A DNA stretch of 64,000 bases from Narcine bancroftii (lineage: Eukaryota). Location of the stretch: positions 10,478,001 to 10,542,000 of the forward strand of contig NC_091475.1 of the NCBI RefSeq assembly GCF_036971445.1. The letters run 5' to 3'. The position numbers and the translations under genes are program-made. This document shows positions 51,953-64,000 of this stretch, piece after piece; positions within the stretch are counted from its first letter, which is position 1; every line of letters starts with the position of its first letter. The notes below the pieces were generated by a model, which did no database searches, had not been told where the DNA came from, and saw only the letters and a list, made by a program, of their open reading frames with translations.

Positions 51953-53041
51953 TCACTTTTTCCTCTGATGATATTTCAGGAAAACTATGATCCAATTAAA
52001 CAAGCTATTTTTTGTATTACTTTTCTCATTTGATTTTCCAGTAATCTTAATAGTCCCTTTGTTTGCATCCATTAAAGCATCATATTTCTTCAAGAGGGCA
52101 GCAAGCTCTTTATCTGCATCAAAGTGCAGCATCTGCCTATTTAGTAGAGGTACAATTAAATTGAATGTATCTACGGTTCTATTAAGTTGTTTAATATCAT
52201 TTCTGAACTGCTCACGGTTTAGGTTCCATTGTTTCTGTGTGTTGAGAGTCAAGGGCCCACCAAGCTTTTTCCTGTAACTCATCATGTCATTTCTGAGCTT
52301 CTCTATCGTTTGCTTTATTTCTTTTTGCCGGACAATCCATTCTGGTTGATAGCCATTTTCTATGAGTATTCTGTTCAGGTTATGTGTCATGGGATCAAGG
52401 TATGGATACTGTGAAAACTTTTCCAGTGGTTTCCCTTTACCACTCAAGTGATCAAAATCGCCTCTGGCCATCGATTCTTGGATGAGATCTTCCACCAATC
52501 GTTCCACGGCCTGAGTTAGTTTTGTTTTTCTGCTCTGCTGTACATCCTTGAGCATCATTGTATTTTCCTGACCCTGAGCTTGCAGCTTCTGTTTTCGATA
52601 ATCCAGCACTTGATCAGTTGCACGGTTGACTCTGAATTTTCTGTACTGTTTCTCTCTTTGACGAGGCGTTCCACTGCCAATGCCTTCAAAGCTGAGATAC
52701 TGTCTGTGCTGAGGGGCCAGGTACTTGGATTGTTCTTCTTCGTGGTCCAATCCTTGATCAGGCTCTGCTTTGCCTTTCTCGGCCAAGTGCTTGCTAACAG
52801 CCCTGTAGGCTTCTTCCACTTGCATGAACTTGAGGGGATCTGCACCATCAGAGCCACTGTCAGGATGATATAATTTGGCAAGTTTAACATATGCTTCCTT
52901 CAGTTCATCGTGGTTGCAATTTTCTTGGACGTCAAGCAATCTGTAACAAGCTTGAAGGCCTTTGCTCATTGCACGGTGACCCGAGAGCATCCTAAAACCG
53001 CGATGCCAAGCCAGAACCCAGCTTTTCGTTGCTGTCAGCAT
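51953..53041 (-). CDS. DNAJC28: DnaJ homolog subfamily C member 28 (362 aa, single coding exon)
   Basis: J-domain with HPD motif (LAKLYHPDSGS), PQHRQYLSFEGIG, and the DUF1992-type segment LIQESMARGDFDHLSGKGKPL...NRILIENGYQPEWI. Basic N-terminus resembling a mitochondrial presequence. Adjacent to TMEM50B as in human. Candidate 5'UTR acceptor ttcttattctatgcactcag at 53116. Confidence 0.97.
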   Translation of the reverse strand: MLTATKSWVLAWHRGFRMLSGHRAMSKGLQACYRLLDVQENCNHDELKEAYVKLAKLYHPDSGSDGADPLKFMQVEEAYRAVSKHLAEKGKAEPDQGLDHEEEQSKYLAPQHRQYLSFEGIGSGTPRQREKQYRKFRVNRATDQVLDYRKQKLQAQGQENTMMLKDVQQSRKTKLTQAVERLVEDLIQESMARGDFDHLSGKGKPLEKFSQYPYLDPMTHNLNRILIENGYQPEWIVRQKEIKQTIEKLRNDMMSYRKKLGGPLTLNTQKQWNLNREQFRNDIKQLNRTVDTFNLIVPLLNRQMLHFDADKELAALLKKYDALMDANKGTIKITGKSNEKSNTKNSLFNWIIVFLKYHQRKK

Positions 53042-53924
53042 GTTCTCTCCAGACTGACGTCCTCAGTGGGGAACACAGTCATGGGACGTCGCGTTAAATT
53101 GGAAGACACGAAATGCTGAGTGCATAGAATAAGAAATCCGCCTCTCCGACTTACACTGCGTTACCTTTTGCAAAGGGGGGGGGGGGGTGAATCAATTTGC
53201 ATTTCTGTCTATTTATAAACTTGAATTCTTCCTGCCCGCACCCTCCAAATGAAAGCACTCAGGACGGGATTACGTCTGCAAAGATCGCTGGAGACAGAAG
53301 CCACAGCGTTCCACTAAACTGATTCATGGGGGTGGGGTACATGAATGGAAAGCTGCAGTTGCCGAAACCTTGCTCGAAAGTCCAATCCACAGCGCGCTCA
53401 TGTGGTCGATAATACGCCGCGTTGCACCGAGACAAATTCCAGAGGGAATTCCAAATGGGAATAAAAATTTGTAAAACTCTTCAAATTGCACCAAAATAAT
53501 CGTGAAGGACGAACTCGCAATGACCCAATCATTATTTGCTCTCAAGACGCAAGAGCAGAGGTTCCAGATGCTGGAATCTGGAACCATCAACTCACCTCTG
53601 GAAGAACTCAGCGGACCCAGCAGCATCTGTTGGGTGGGAAAGCAAGCAATGGTCGGGCGTTTTGGGTCGAGGGCCGTCATTTCCAATGTACAGTGCTGCT
53701 TAAAAACAAAATTCAAGAAAGATGATTTTGCAGTGGTCACATTGTGGAAAATTGGGAGTTACAGAAGTCTGGTCTTGCAGAGTCCAGAGGAGTATGAGGT
53801 CGTTTGTTCAGAAGTAAGATGCCGAATTAATTAGTCCCACACTTTCTCCTTTCCCCAAAGTTTACATATTTTGGGGGCGATTCAGCTGACAAAGCCAGTA
53901 CTGCAGTCCTCTTGTTGATGGCAT

Positions 53925-54352
53925 ACATCGAAGATAGGAGCAGGAGCAGGTCATTCGAGCCTGCTCCTCCATTCAACGAGATCATGGCTGATCTTAAAGT
54001 TCAGTACCCCGTCCCCGCCTTCTCTCCGTAACCTTTAATACCCTTAGACTGAAGAAATAGATCTAATTCCCTCTTAAATAGATTTAATGAACCTGCCTCT
54101 ACTGCCCGCGGTGGCAATGAATTCCACAGATTCACCACCCTCTGGGTCAAGAAATTCCTCCTCATCTCGGTCCTAAATGGTTTGCCTATTATCCTCAAAC
54201 CATGGCCCCGGGTTCTGGATTTTCCCATCATTGGAAACGTCCCATCTGCATCCATTCTGTCCAGTCCTGCCAGAATTTTATAGGTCTCTATGAGATCCCC
54301 TCTCAATACTCTAAACTCCAGCGAGTACAATCCCAATTTGCGCAATCTTTCC
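53925..54352 (-). mobile_element. CR1 LINE 3' end (little diverged)
   Basis: Open 114-aa ORF LGLYSLEFRVLRGDLIETYKIL...TRGHGL...RVVNLWNSLP. Confidence 0.88.
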
Positions 54353-55911
54353 TACAGGGGTGGTGGTTCCTGGATTTAGATTATTCTGTGACAGTGAAGG
54401 ATTACTAATATTTCAAAGGAAGGACAGTGTATGATTTAGAGGGAAAAGGCAATCGTTTGTTTCCCCTGAGCTGAAGCTTTTGTCCTTAGTGATGGAGATC
54501 ATGGTTTGGAAGGTGCTCTCTGAATAACCTAGGCCATGAACCTTTTTGGTACAGAAAAAAACAGTCAGGAGCCAAATAATATTAAGCCTGGGAGTTTTCA
54601 ACCCATTACACTACAAGAAAAATGGTGTTTTTAGACTAGAAAACCCCTGTGCTATCGAAAAAACGTGTTCCAATAAAATAACTATATGACGCTACTGAAC
54701 AGTTTTATCAGTTGTCATTACAGTAGGTTATTGACCTGCTCACATAATACAGTAGGCATTTCTGTATCTTCTGCTCTTAAATTTAATAAAAACTCTTTAA
54801 AACTCATTCAAAAAGCATTGCAAAATACAAAAAAAGTTGGGTGCAAAATAAGAACAGGAAAAAAGATCGAGAAAGGGACAAGGAAATCTCCACATTTCTC
54901 TACAACTCTCAGTGAGTACGGTTCATGGTCCAAGTGTGCACCTTAATGATAATGATGCCATGTGTAAATTTGTAGACAGGCTATAAAAGATAGATGATTA
55001 ACGTTAACAGATTCCTTGCCAATCAAACCGACACACTTCCCTTTTACTTCTGCGGAAAAAAGTATTAATTTTCCCATTGTATCTGAAATTTTTGGCACTC
55101 CCGTGCTATTTAAAATCTTTTTGGTTGTGCTAAGGTAAACTTTTTTAACTGAAGTAAACGTTTTTAATGGTTGGTCTAGGAGTTGTTCAGAATGGCAGTG
55201 ATATTTAGTGTGGAAACTAAGATGTGCAATGCAAATACAGTGCCATTTATAGTGAGAGACTGTTCTAACAGACCATAATTCAATTTTATATTTAAAATTC
55301 ACCTTGAGCTACTTAGAAATGGGCAACATGCCACAGTTCTCCTGGGAGCCATTGTTTGGGCACCCTTGACCTTGGCAAATAACATTTTATAAATGCTACA
55401 TTGCTATTGCCACAGTGACTGCCCATGGAGTTTGGGATAGTGAATAGTGGCATCAATTGAATGGACTGCTTTGTCTGGATCATAGGATCATATTGAGTTT
55501 GAGGAATGATTGGATTATATTTTCAAACAAGTAATTGCAGATTATTCCACCTTGCTTCTAATTTTTTGTCTTGTAGATGATTGATAGGCTTTGCTCAGAG
55601 GAGAGGCAGCAATCAGCAGATTCTAACTTGCTCTTCTAACCAGTATTTATTTGGTTGGTCCAAATGAGTCTCAGACATTATCATCATTCAGTACCCAACC
55701 ATCAATCCCCATTCTGGTTGATTGTGGGAGACTTGTTGACAATAATATCTTCAGGCACTTTCAGGTGGCCATGTTTAGGCAATAGGCGGCTGTTTTGAGG
55801 CCACCTGAATGTGCAGGAGGCGCTCTTGAGGCGAGCTACGTCACCCTCCTCCAAGAGGGATAATCAGCTCAGCTCAGTGGCTCCCCCAGCCACCTGAATG
55901 CAGCTGGCTGT

Positions 55912-56382
55912 TTCTTTGGCTTGGCTTCGCGGACGAAGATTTATGGAGGGGGTAAAAAGTCCACGTCAGCTGCAGGCTCGTTTGTGGCTGACAAGTCCGA
56001 TGCGGGACAGGCAGACACGATTGCAGCGGTTGCAGGGGAAAATTGGTGGGTTGGGGTTGGGTGTTGGGTTTTTCCTCCTTTGCCTTTTGTCAGTGAGGTA
56101 GGCTCTGCGGTCTTCTTCAAAGGAGGTTGCTGCCCGCCAAACTGTGAGGCGCCAAGATGCACGGTTTGAGGCGATATCAGCCCACTGGCGGTGGTCAATG
56201 TGGCAGGCACCAAGAGATTTCTTTAGGCAGTCCTTGTACCTTTTCTTTGGTGCACCTCTGTCACGGTGGCCAGTGGAGAGCTCGCCATATAACACGATCT
56301 TGGGAAGGCGATGGTCCTCCATTCTGGAGACGTGACCCATCCAGCGCAGCTGGATCTTCAGCAGCGTGGACTCGATGGACTC
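55912..56382 (-). mobile_element. 5'-truncated RTE-clade LINE inserted in a Harbinger-like MITE (about 55753-56581)
   Basis: Open C-terminal ORF GHVSRMEDHRLPKIVLYGEL...FPCNRCNRVCLSRIGLVSHKRACS. 12-bp TSD gcagctggctgt at 55900-55911 and 56383-56394. Host TIRs aggcactttcaggt / acctgaaaaagcct. Confidence 0.88.
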
Positions 56383-58063
56383 GCAGCTGGCTGTAAGCGG
56401 ATGTTAAAGGGTCAGGCTGCTGATCCCAGCTGACACTGGGCAGGAGCCGGAGGGCGCTCAGAGCCGCGTCCTGTGCAGCCGTGACCTTCAGGTGACCAGC
56501 GTTGCGCTTTAAACGCTGCCACTCGAATGGCAATTTAAAGGGCCGCTTCTGCTTCTTCGAAGAATGGACCTGAAAAAGCCTACTGAATGTTGAAGGCAGT
56601 AACTAGCCTCTCTTTTGATGGCGATTATCATTGTCTGGCACTTCTGTGGCTTGAATGTTACTTGCCATATATCAATCTATGAATGAATGCTTGCAGGGAT
56701 GGCTGTTTATTTGTCATGGCATTGCAAGTGAAATTTTAATATTGACCTTCCCCACGTCTCAGATTGTTCGGGCACCTGCCAGCATTTTCTCATACCTCGA
56801 TAAAGGGCCCAAGCCCGAAACGTCGGCCTTTGCTACACGAAGGACGCGGTTTGACCTGCTGAACTTCTCCAGCTATTTGTGCTTTTACTTCAACCACAGT
56901 AGTCTACAGAATTAAGTGATTTTCTGAGAACAAAGAAAAATAGGAACTACAAGCCCCACAATTCCTTTCATTCAAAATCCAATGATATATTTTTAAATTG
57001 ATAACCAGACCCCCCCTTTTTTTTTAGGCATAGTTCAGTTATTTCAAGAAACAATGTTCAACCCCCAAAAAGAAATTCTAGGGCTCCGACAATTTACTGG
57101 TGTTTATCTTGCAGAGACAATTTTCGGATTGGCTGCACCAGTCTCAATCACTCTGCTGCCCTTTCAAGCAAAGCATTGCTGAGCCAGTTGAGTTTGTTAA
57201 GGGCTCTCTTCCGTTCTCGTTGCTACACGTGCTTCTATCTGAGTTTGAAAGATCCGTGGGTGAGTTTGCAAACTTCCACCTTTATTGTCATTAGTTGAGT
57301 GCATTTCTCTTCTCTTTCATCGACTTGGTCTCGAAGAGAACCAAATGTTGCATGCATTAGCCCCTAACCTTTCGTCTCGTTCATTATTTACTGGTGGGTG
57401 GGTCTCGGTCTTAAAGTTTTCACAGCAACGCGAAAGTTGTAACGTGTATTCACCAAGTTATTACCAGAAATGAGGGGTTGCAATTATTAAGGAACTCGTG
57501 ATAAGCTTACAATGTGTAAGAGTTAATAATGGACATGAAAGGTATATTTATGAAAGGCGAAATATTTCTGTCACGAATAAAATAGTTCAAGTTGGCCCCA
57601 GAAATATAAGTCAACAGTTAAGATGTAAAATCTGCCACCACTGGCAGATTAAAGACTCCAGTAATTGAAATGAAAAACAATACAGATGTTGAAAATCTGA
57701 AATAAAGAAAGAAAATGCAGAGTCGTGGTGTCTGTTGAGAGAGAGAGAGAAACTGAGTTAAGGCTTCTGATGTGATCTGACCAAGTGTCATCGATTTGAA
57801 ATGATAACTCCAGCATTTTCTGCTTTTAAACTAAAACTACCTATTGTCCAGTCCTAAACAAGGCCATTATCTCTTCAGACCATTTTTATCAAGGTTAATA
57901 ATTCCGTTGCCTTGGTGAAATAAAATCCAACTGTCAAAGATTCCTGACCTCACCAACAACAAACTTATTTCCCTAAAAAGAGATGATCATTTGCAATGAA
58001 TTGCTACAAAAATTATTTGAAGTGTCAACCAAAACGTTGTCAAAGTAACTTTTGAACCGTACT

Positions 58064-58628
58064 TAGCCCTTTTTACACTGAAAAGCCGTGCTATTGCCGT
58101 ATACACGACCCATCTCTGGAAGCTATCGATTCACCTATTTATATAAAAATGCCAGCAGATGCTGGATGCGGACTCTGATCCTTCCAGGGGGGTAGTCTCA
58201 CCTGTGAAGCAAGTCGCTCTACCTCACTCCGTAAAGGCAATGCTGCTGAAGATGATGCTTAGTGGCAGTCTGATGTCATAGTTGGCCCATGACCCACCAC
58301 CAGGGCTCACACGGTAATTGGTGCTGGGGTTAGGGCTCCCTCTGCAATACAGAAATGCCAGCTTCCAGAGATGGGTCGTGTATACGGCAATAACACGGCA
58401 CCTCGAACAGAAAAAAAGCTGAGTCCTCTTCACAGCAAGCCAATTTCCCAAAGCAAAAGACAGCCCCGCTCCACCTTTGACACTACCTACCTTGGAGAAT
58501 TAAAACTGGGTAAATTCAGATGACCTCCCCCCCACCCCCCCCCCGCAAATCCCCTGCATTCACACAGCTAGATGAAGCACTTGAAAGGTGGATAATACCC
58601 GGCTTTAATTGCCTGTGTAAAAGTGTTA
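58064..58628. mobile_element. Harbinger-like MITE with an internal 40-bp inverted repeat
   Basis: Ends gccctttttacac / gtgtaaaagtgt. Inverted repeat at 58085-58124 and 58360-58399 with 1 mismatch. Confidence 0.5.
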
Positions 58629-59049
58629 CTTTTGATTTCATTAAGAATGTTTTTGGCCTTATTATTAGGACATGTGTACAAAAGGCTCTGACTTGTACTG
58701 TCATGTGCTCACAAAGTCGAGTGAAACCTCCATTTGTTTGCTCTGATAACACAACCAACCATTCCTCCAACTTTCACCTCTTTGACATCCCTGATTCATC
58801 CTTTATCCTGGTGGACGTTATTAGCTACCTCAGCTCCAAGTTGTGGCATTCCCTCCATGCACATTGTCTGTTTGCTTCCAAAGCCCGCCCATGTCAGTCG
58901 AGCTTGAGGCCTTTTGCCTGATCTTGTCCTTTATTAGGTAGATGTTCCTGCAAAGCCATTTTGAATATTTGCTGCATTACAAAGTTGTTTTGTAAAGTGC
59001 AAGTAGTTTGATATTTTATACAGTTCTCCAAAAATGTTGCAGTTGTAAA

Positions 59050-59775
59050 GAGAGCTTTTGATTTATTGGCCTTTCATAAATCAAAGTAATGCATATAAGG
59101 GTTGGGATGTTATGGATTTTTTAACAAAATTCTTTTTTCATTTTACATTTAAATTTAAATGTACATTCAAGCATACAGCTCTCTAACAGGCTCTTTCGAC
59201 CCACTGGTCCGTGCTGCCTGATTCACACCCCATTAACCTATGTCCCCGGTACGTTTTGAACTGTGGGAGGGGACCGGAACCCCTGGGGATAGATAACCCA
59301 TACAGACACAGGGAGAATGTAAAAACTCATTACAGCACGGGATTCAAAGCCCAGTCCCAATTGCTGGCACTGTAACTGCGTTGCGCTAACCGTGCCACCT
59401 CAGGATGTTATGGTAGAGTTATGTAAGACATGGATGAGGCCAAATTTGGAGGTGTGTGTGCAGTTTTTGGTCACCTAACTATAGGAAAGCTATCAATAAG
59501 ATAGAAAGAGTGCAGAGAAAATTTACTAGGATGTTCTCAGGACTTCAGGAACTGAGTTACAGGGACAGGCTCAAGCGGTTAGGACTTTATCCCTGGAGTG
59601 TGGTCGAATGAGGGGAGATTTGATTGAGGTACACAAAATTATGATGAGTCTAGAGAAAATAAATGCAAGTCGGCTTTTCCCACTCAGGTTAGATGAGATA
59701 CAAACTAGAGGACATGGGTTAAGGGTATAAAAGTTTCGGGGAATATTAACTTGTTCATACAAAAAGTAGTGGGAG
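59050..59775 (+). mobile_element. CR1 LINE 3' part with a nested tRNA-SINE on the - strand (59116-59402)
   Basis: Homologous to 28780-29300. The SINE insert is flanked by an 11-bp TSD ggatgttatgg at 59105-59115 and 59403-59413. Confidence 0.75.
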
Positions 59776-61089
59776 TGTACAATATTAGCTATAGAATATT
59801 TAGTTATGGGAATTATGATGAAGAAACCATCACACGTACTTTGCCAGTAAGCTGTGAGTGAGAAAGAGAGTAACCAAGGACATTCTGGACCGGAATCAAT
59901 TCTCACCTCTTCTACTGAGCCTTATCCTAATGCCTGCCTGATTTCTTTTAACACAATAGTTAGTGTTGACTGACTACTAGGCCAGCACCACTTTGTCCCT
60001 GAATGGCATTGTTTCTGCTTTGAAGTGTTGGCCACCATTGCCAACTTCAAGAATTTAAAATTACTATGAAACTAGCCATTTAATGTGTAAATTGTGTACT
60101 GTGAGCAACCCTTTCAGACTTTTGTTGATTTTTTTTTGTATACCAGAAAGATGTTCTTAATTATAACTGGTACATGAGATTAAATGACCAACAACAAATC
60201 ATTTCCCTGTCTTTGGGAAAAAGATATGCAAAATGTAAAACATAAGCTGTAGCAAGCCAATGTTATCCAATTTGTATAAGGGAAATTGCATTAAATATTG
60301 TGCCCTGTGACTGTGTTCTTTGAATGAGGTTCAAACAATACTAGTGAGGGGACTCTGTGTACCCACCACTGGTACCCCTCATTTCTGCTGGCATGACAAT
60401 AAAGACTGTGTTTTGAACTTTGTGATTTGTTATTTTAACTATTTGTACCTTGACAGAAGCGCGACTTTAACAGTAAACAGGAGCATGGAAATGACTGTCA
60501 GCTGATGTGGTGAATGTGGGGTCAATTTGAACATTTAAGAAACATTTGGACAGGTACATAGATAGGAGGGGTATGGACTGGGTGCAGGTCAGTGATACTA
60601 GGTAGAAGAATGGTTTGGCACAGACTAGAAGGGCTGAAGGGCCTGTTTTCTGTGCTGTAATGTTCTTAGAAATCTATAATGCATTTTTATCTTTTCTGTA
60701 TGGCAGATTGCAATAACAAAAATAAGAAATTTGGAAAATAGATATGGCAATTGAAACCTATATTCGGATGATATTTTTGGTAAGGAACTTGATTGGTTCA
60801 AAGACCTATTGTGCAGGAAACAATAATAATACTGTAGTATTAGTTAAAATTTTGAACAATTTGGAATATTTTCAGACTTGGCCCTGATTTAAAATTCATT
60901 TTGTTTTGTTCAAGTTGGCACAGGCTTCAAGACAGTGATGGCAGTAATGTGATTTGACAAGGCCACCTGATGTAACAAGCTGGGAGAGATCCTGCAGCTA
61001 CAAGGAGCAAGAACATTTGCCTTGTATAGCTATGGTAGAAATGAGGCAGCTGCCTCATTGCTGCAGACGTCAAGCCATTTGCAAGTTGG

Positions 61090-64000
61090 CCAAACAGGCT
61101 AACTTGGAGAGTAGATTTTAGATTTATTGTCAGAGTACATACATGACATCACATACAACCCTGAGATTCTTTTTCCTGCGGGCTAGGCAGAATTACATCT
61201 TATCGGTAGTGCCAAAAAAACTGTACACATGTAAACAAATGTAAACTACTGACTACAATACAGAGGGGGAAAAAAAAAATCAAAGTGCAAAAGTCAGAGT
61301 CCTTAAATAACTCCCTGATTGAGTTTGTTGTTGAGGAGTCTGATAGTGGAGGGGTAGCAGCTGTTCCCGAAACTGGTGGTGCGAGTCTTGTGGCACCTCG
61401 ACCTCTTTCCTGATGGTAGCAGCAAGATCAGAGCATGAGCTGGGAAGTGTGGATCCTTGATGATTGCTGCTGTTCTCTGACGGCAGCGTTCTCTATAAGG
61501 CCTTTTTTTTTAGAGGGAAAAAGGTGAATGTATAGCAGATATTCTCCATCTTTGTATCGATTCACCTATTTATATAAAAATGCCAGCAGATGCTGGATGC
61601 GGACTCTGATCCTTCCAGGGGGGTAGTCTCACCTGTGAAGCAAGTCGCTCTACCTCACTCCGTAAAGGCAATGCTGCTGAAGATGCTGCTTAGTGGCAGT
61701 CTGATGACATAGCAATGATGCCGTTGGCCCATGACCCACCACCAGGGCTCACACGGTAATTGGTGCTGGGGTTAGGGCTCCCTCTGCAATACAGAAATGA
61801 TATCTTCCTGTTCCCCTCGCTCCTTCACCAAAGCTGCTGAGACCGAGAAGCAGGAGAGAGCAGGAATGGATGTCAAAGGTGAGTGGGAGAGGAGGGAGTC
61901 TGGTTCAAAGAGTGTGGAAGCATTGCGGGGACAAAGAGAGTTGGGGCCCGCCAAGCCACCAGGGTCAGAGGGTGAAGGGACCCAGGTGCTGAGCTCGACG
62001 GCCCAGGAAGAAGGAGGATAGATGCTGATGAATGGAGGTGGAGAAGCAGAGCCAAGGAGTCTGATGGATGAAAGGGGGGAGCGAAGAGCTGGGCACAGTG
62101 TGCCAGAGGTTTCCCAGAGCAGTTCCAGCTGCCTGGAGGATTATGGGTAACGACGATGGCCATTGCTCGGCGCGCATGTTCGACCTCACGGTGACAGGCT
62201 GCGCTACTGCACTACTCACCCCACCTCCCTCAGCTCTGGAGGACGGCTCCTGACACCGCTCTTTATGTAAGCAACACTGGGAGCAGTTTTGTAGGCCTTC
62301 TCCACAAAAGGGTAAGTCCAGCTTTTCTTCCCCCAATGGAACCAGCCTCAATGCAGTGTTGGTTTATAAAAACACCTGTAGATGTACTCAATAGTGGGGA
62401 GGGTTTTGTGCTCAGGATATTGGTGTCCTCATACCAGACCATAATGCAGCCGGTCAGCACACTTTCCACCACACCGCTGTAGAAATTTGCCAGGGTTTTC
62501 AATGTCAAATAAAACCTCTGCAGATTCTTGAGGAAGTAGAGGCACTGATGTGCTTTCTTCATGATGCCATTAGTGTGTTGGGTCCACGAGAAATCCTCTG
62601 AAATAGTGGCTCATAAGAAGTTAAAATTTGCTCTCCCTCTCCACCTCTGATTCCTCCAGTGACCATTGGATTGTACACATCTGGTTTTCCCTTTGTGAAG
62701 TCAGCAATCAGCTCCTTGGTTTTGGTGAGACTGTTGGTGCATCATTTGGCTAAGTTTCAATCTCGTTCCTGTATGCAGACTCATCACCCTTTTTTATACA
62801 ACCCATTACTGTGGTATTGACGGTGTTGTCGTATTGAGCGACACAGTTATAGGTGTAAAGCGAGTAGAGCAGTGGATGAAGAACACAGGCCTGTGGTGCT
62901 CCGGTACTGATGGAAATTTTGGAGGAGATGTTCTTGCCAATCCACACTGATTGTGGTTTGGAGGTGAGGAAATTAAGGATCCAATTACACAGTTTGGTGC
63001 GGAGTCCCAGGTCTTGAAATTTGCTGATCAATTTTGAGGGAACGATGGTGTTAAATGCCAAACTGTAGTTGATAAAGAGCATCCTGATGTGTGCATCTTT
63101 GCTGCCAGATATTCCAAGGGTTTGTGTAGAGGCAATGAGATAGAATCAGCTGTAGACCTGTTGCTGCAATAGATGAATTGGAATGAATGCATGTCACCGC
63201 TGATGTGCTTCAACACCAGCCTTTCAAAGGACTTGATCACTGTCAATGTGAGTGCCACTGGTGGATATTCATTTCTGCAGGTTACCACACTCTTCTTGGC
63301 ACTGGTATGATTGATGTTTGTTTGAAAAATTTGGGTATCACGCCCTGTTGGAGTGAAATGTTGAAGATATCCATGAATAGGTTGGTAAGTTGGTCAGCAC
63401 AGATATTTAATACTCAGCCAAGGACACTATTTGGACCAATGATTGCCTTGGACTCACTCTTCTGAAGGTAGCCCACACATCATCCTCAGATACAGACAGT
63501 TGAGGATCATCAGTGGATGTGGGGTTGTGCAGTGGCGGTTCTTTCTTGTTCTTGTGGTCAAATCAGGCGCAGAGGCATTAGGTTGGTCTGGGAGTGAAGT
63601 TTTGCTGTCTCCTCCTGCACCAGATTTTGTTTTGTTGCAGGTTATTTTATTTAGGCCCTGACACAGCTGTCACATATCCTTTGTGGTTTCCTTTTTCATC
63701 CGGAAACCCTACGGCCCAGGAGGTGACTTTCTGTAGGTCATACCTGCTGCTTCTGTAGTGATCTGGATCTCCAGACTTGCATGCTTGTAATCTGGCTCTC
63801 AGCAGGTTCCGGATTTCATTGTTCAACCAGGGCCTCTGGTTAGGGAAAACCCTGAAAGATTTGCTGGGAATGTACTTGTCCACAGCTGTTTTGATAAAGT
63901 CTGTGACAGCCCTGGTGTAATAATTTAGATCCTCAGCTGAGTCTTTGAACACTGCCCAATCCATTGACTCGAGGAAGTCCTACAACTGTACTTCAGCCTC
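61090..64000 (-). mobile_element. Rex1/Babar-type LINE (RT region, runs off the window end), interrupted by an insert at about 61497-62377
   Basis: [49 protein letters not shown] and KKAHQCLYFLKNL. The junction sequence is contiguous in the copy near 34890. Confidence 0.85.

Noticed and set aside
53041-53125. N-terminal extension of DNAJC28 from the in-frame ATG at 53125
   Set aside because: An in-frame TGA lies between the two ATGs.

Overview
Vertebrate nuclear DNA, most likely a cartilaginous fish (ray or shark), inferred from its repeat content: CR1, Rex1/Babar, RTE and L1 LINEs, Penelope-derived repeats and tRNA-SINEs. Three genes match the conserved block on human chr21. (1) The last two coding exons (+ strand; 4081-4238 and 8289-8585) of a class II cytokine receptor chain of the IL10RB/IFNAR1/IFNGR2 group. 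(2) A complete six-coding-exon TMEM50B (- strand, 38027 to 19593, 158 aa, all splice phases consistent) with a CpG-rich promoter near 48.8-49.1 kb. (3) Single-coding-exon DNAJC28 (- strand, 51953-53041). Most of the rest is degenerate transposable elements and minisatellites. I found no clearly new multi-gene system. The most notable signals are: Penelope-derived repeats with minimal hammerhead-ribozyme-like motifs sharing a U3 (UUGAUGA) core; a receptor tail combining IL10RB-like motifs with an IFNAR1-type DSGxxS degron; minisatellites at the same position in two Penelope copies; a solo LTR with a splice donor beside the TMEM50B promoter; and a triplicated 151-bp unit carrying a splice acceptor. 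TE family names come from motif recognition, not database searches.
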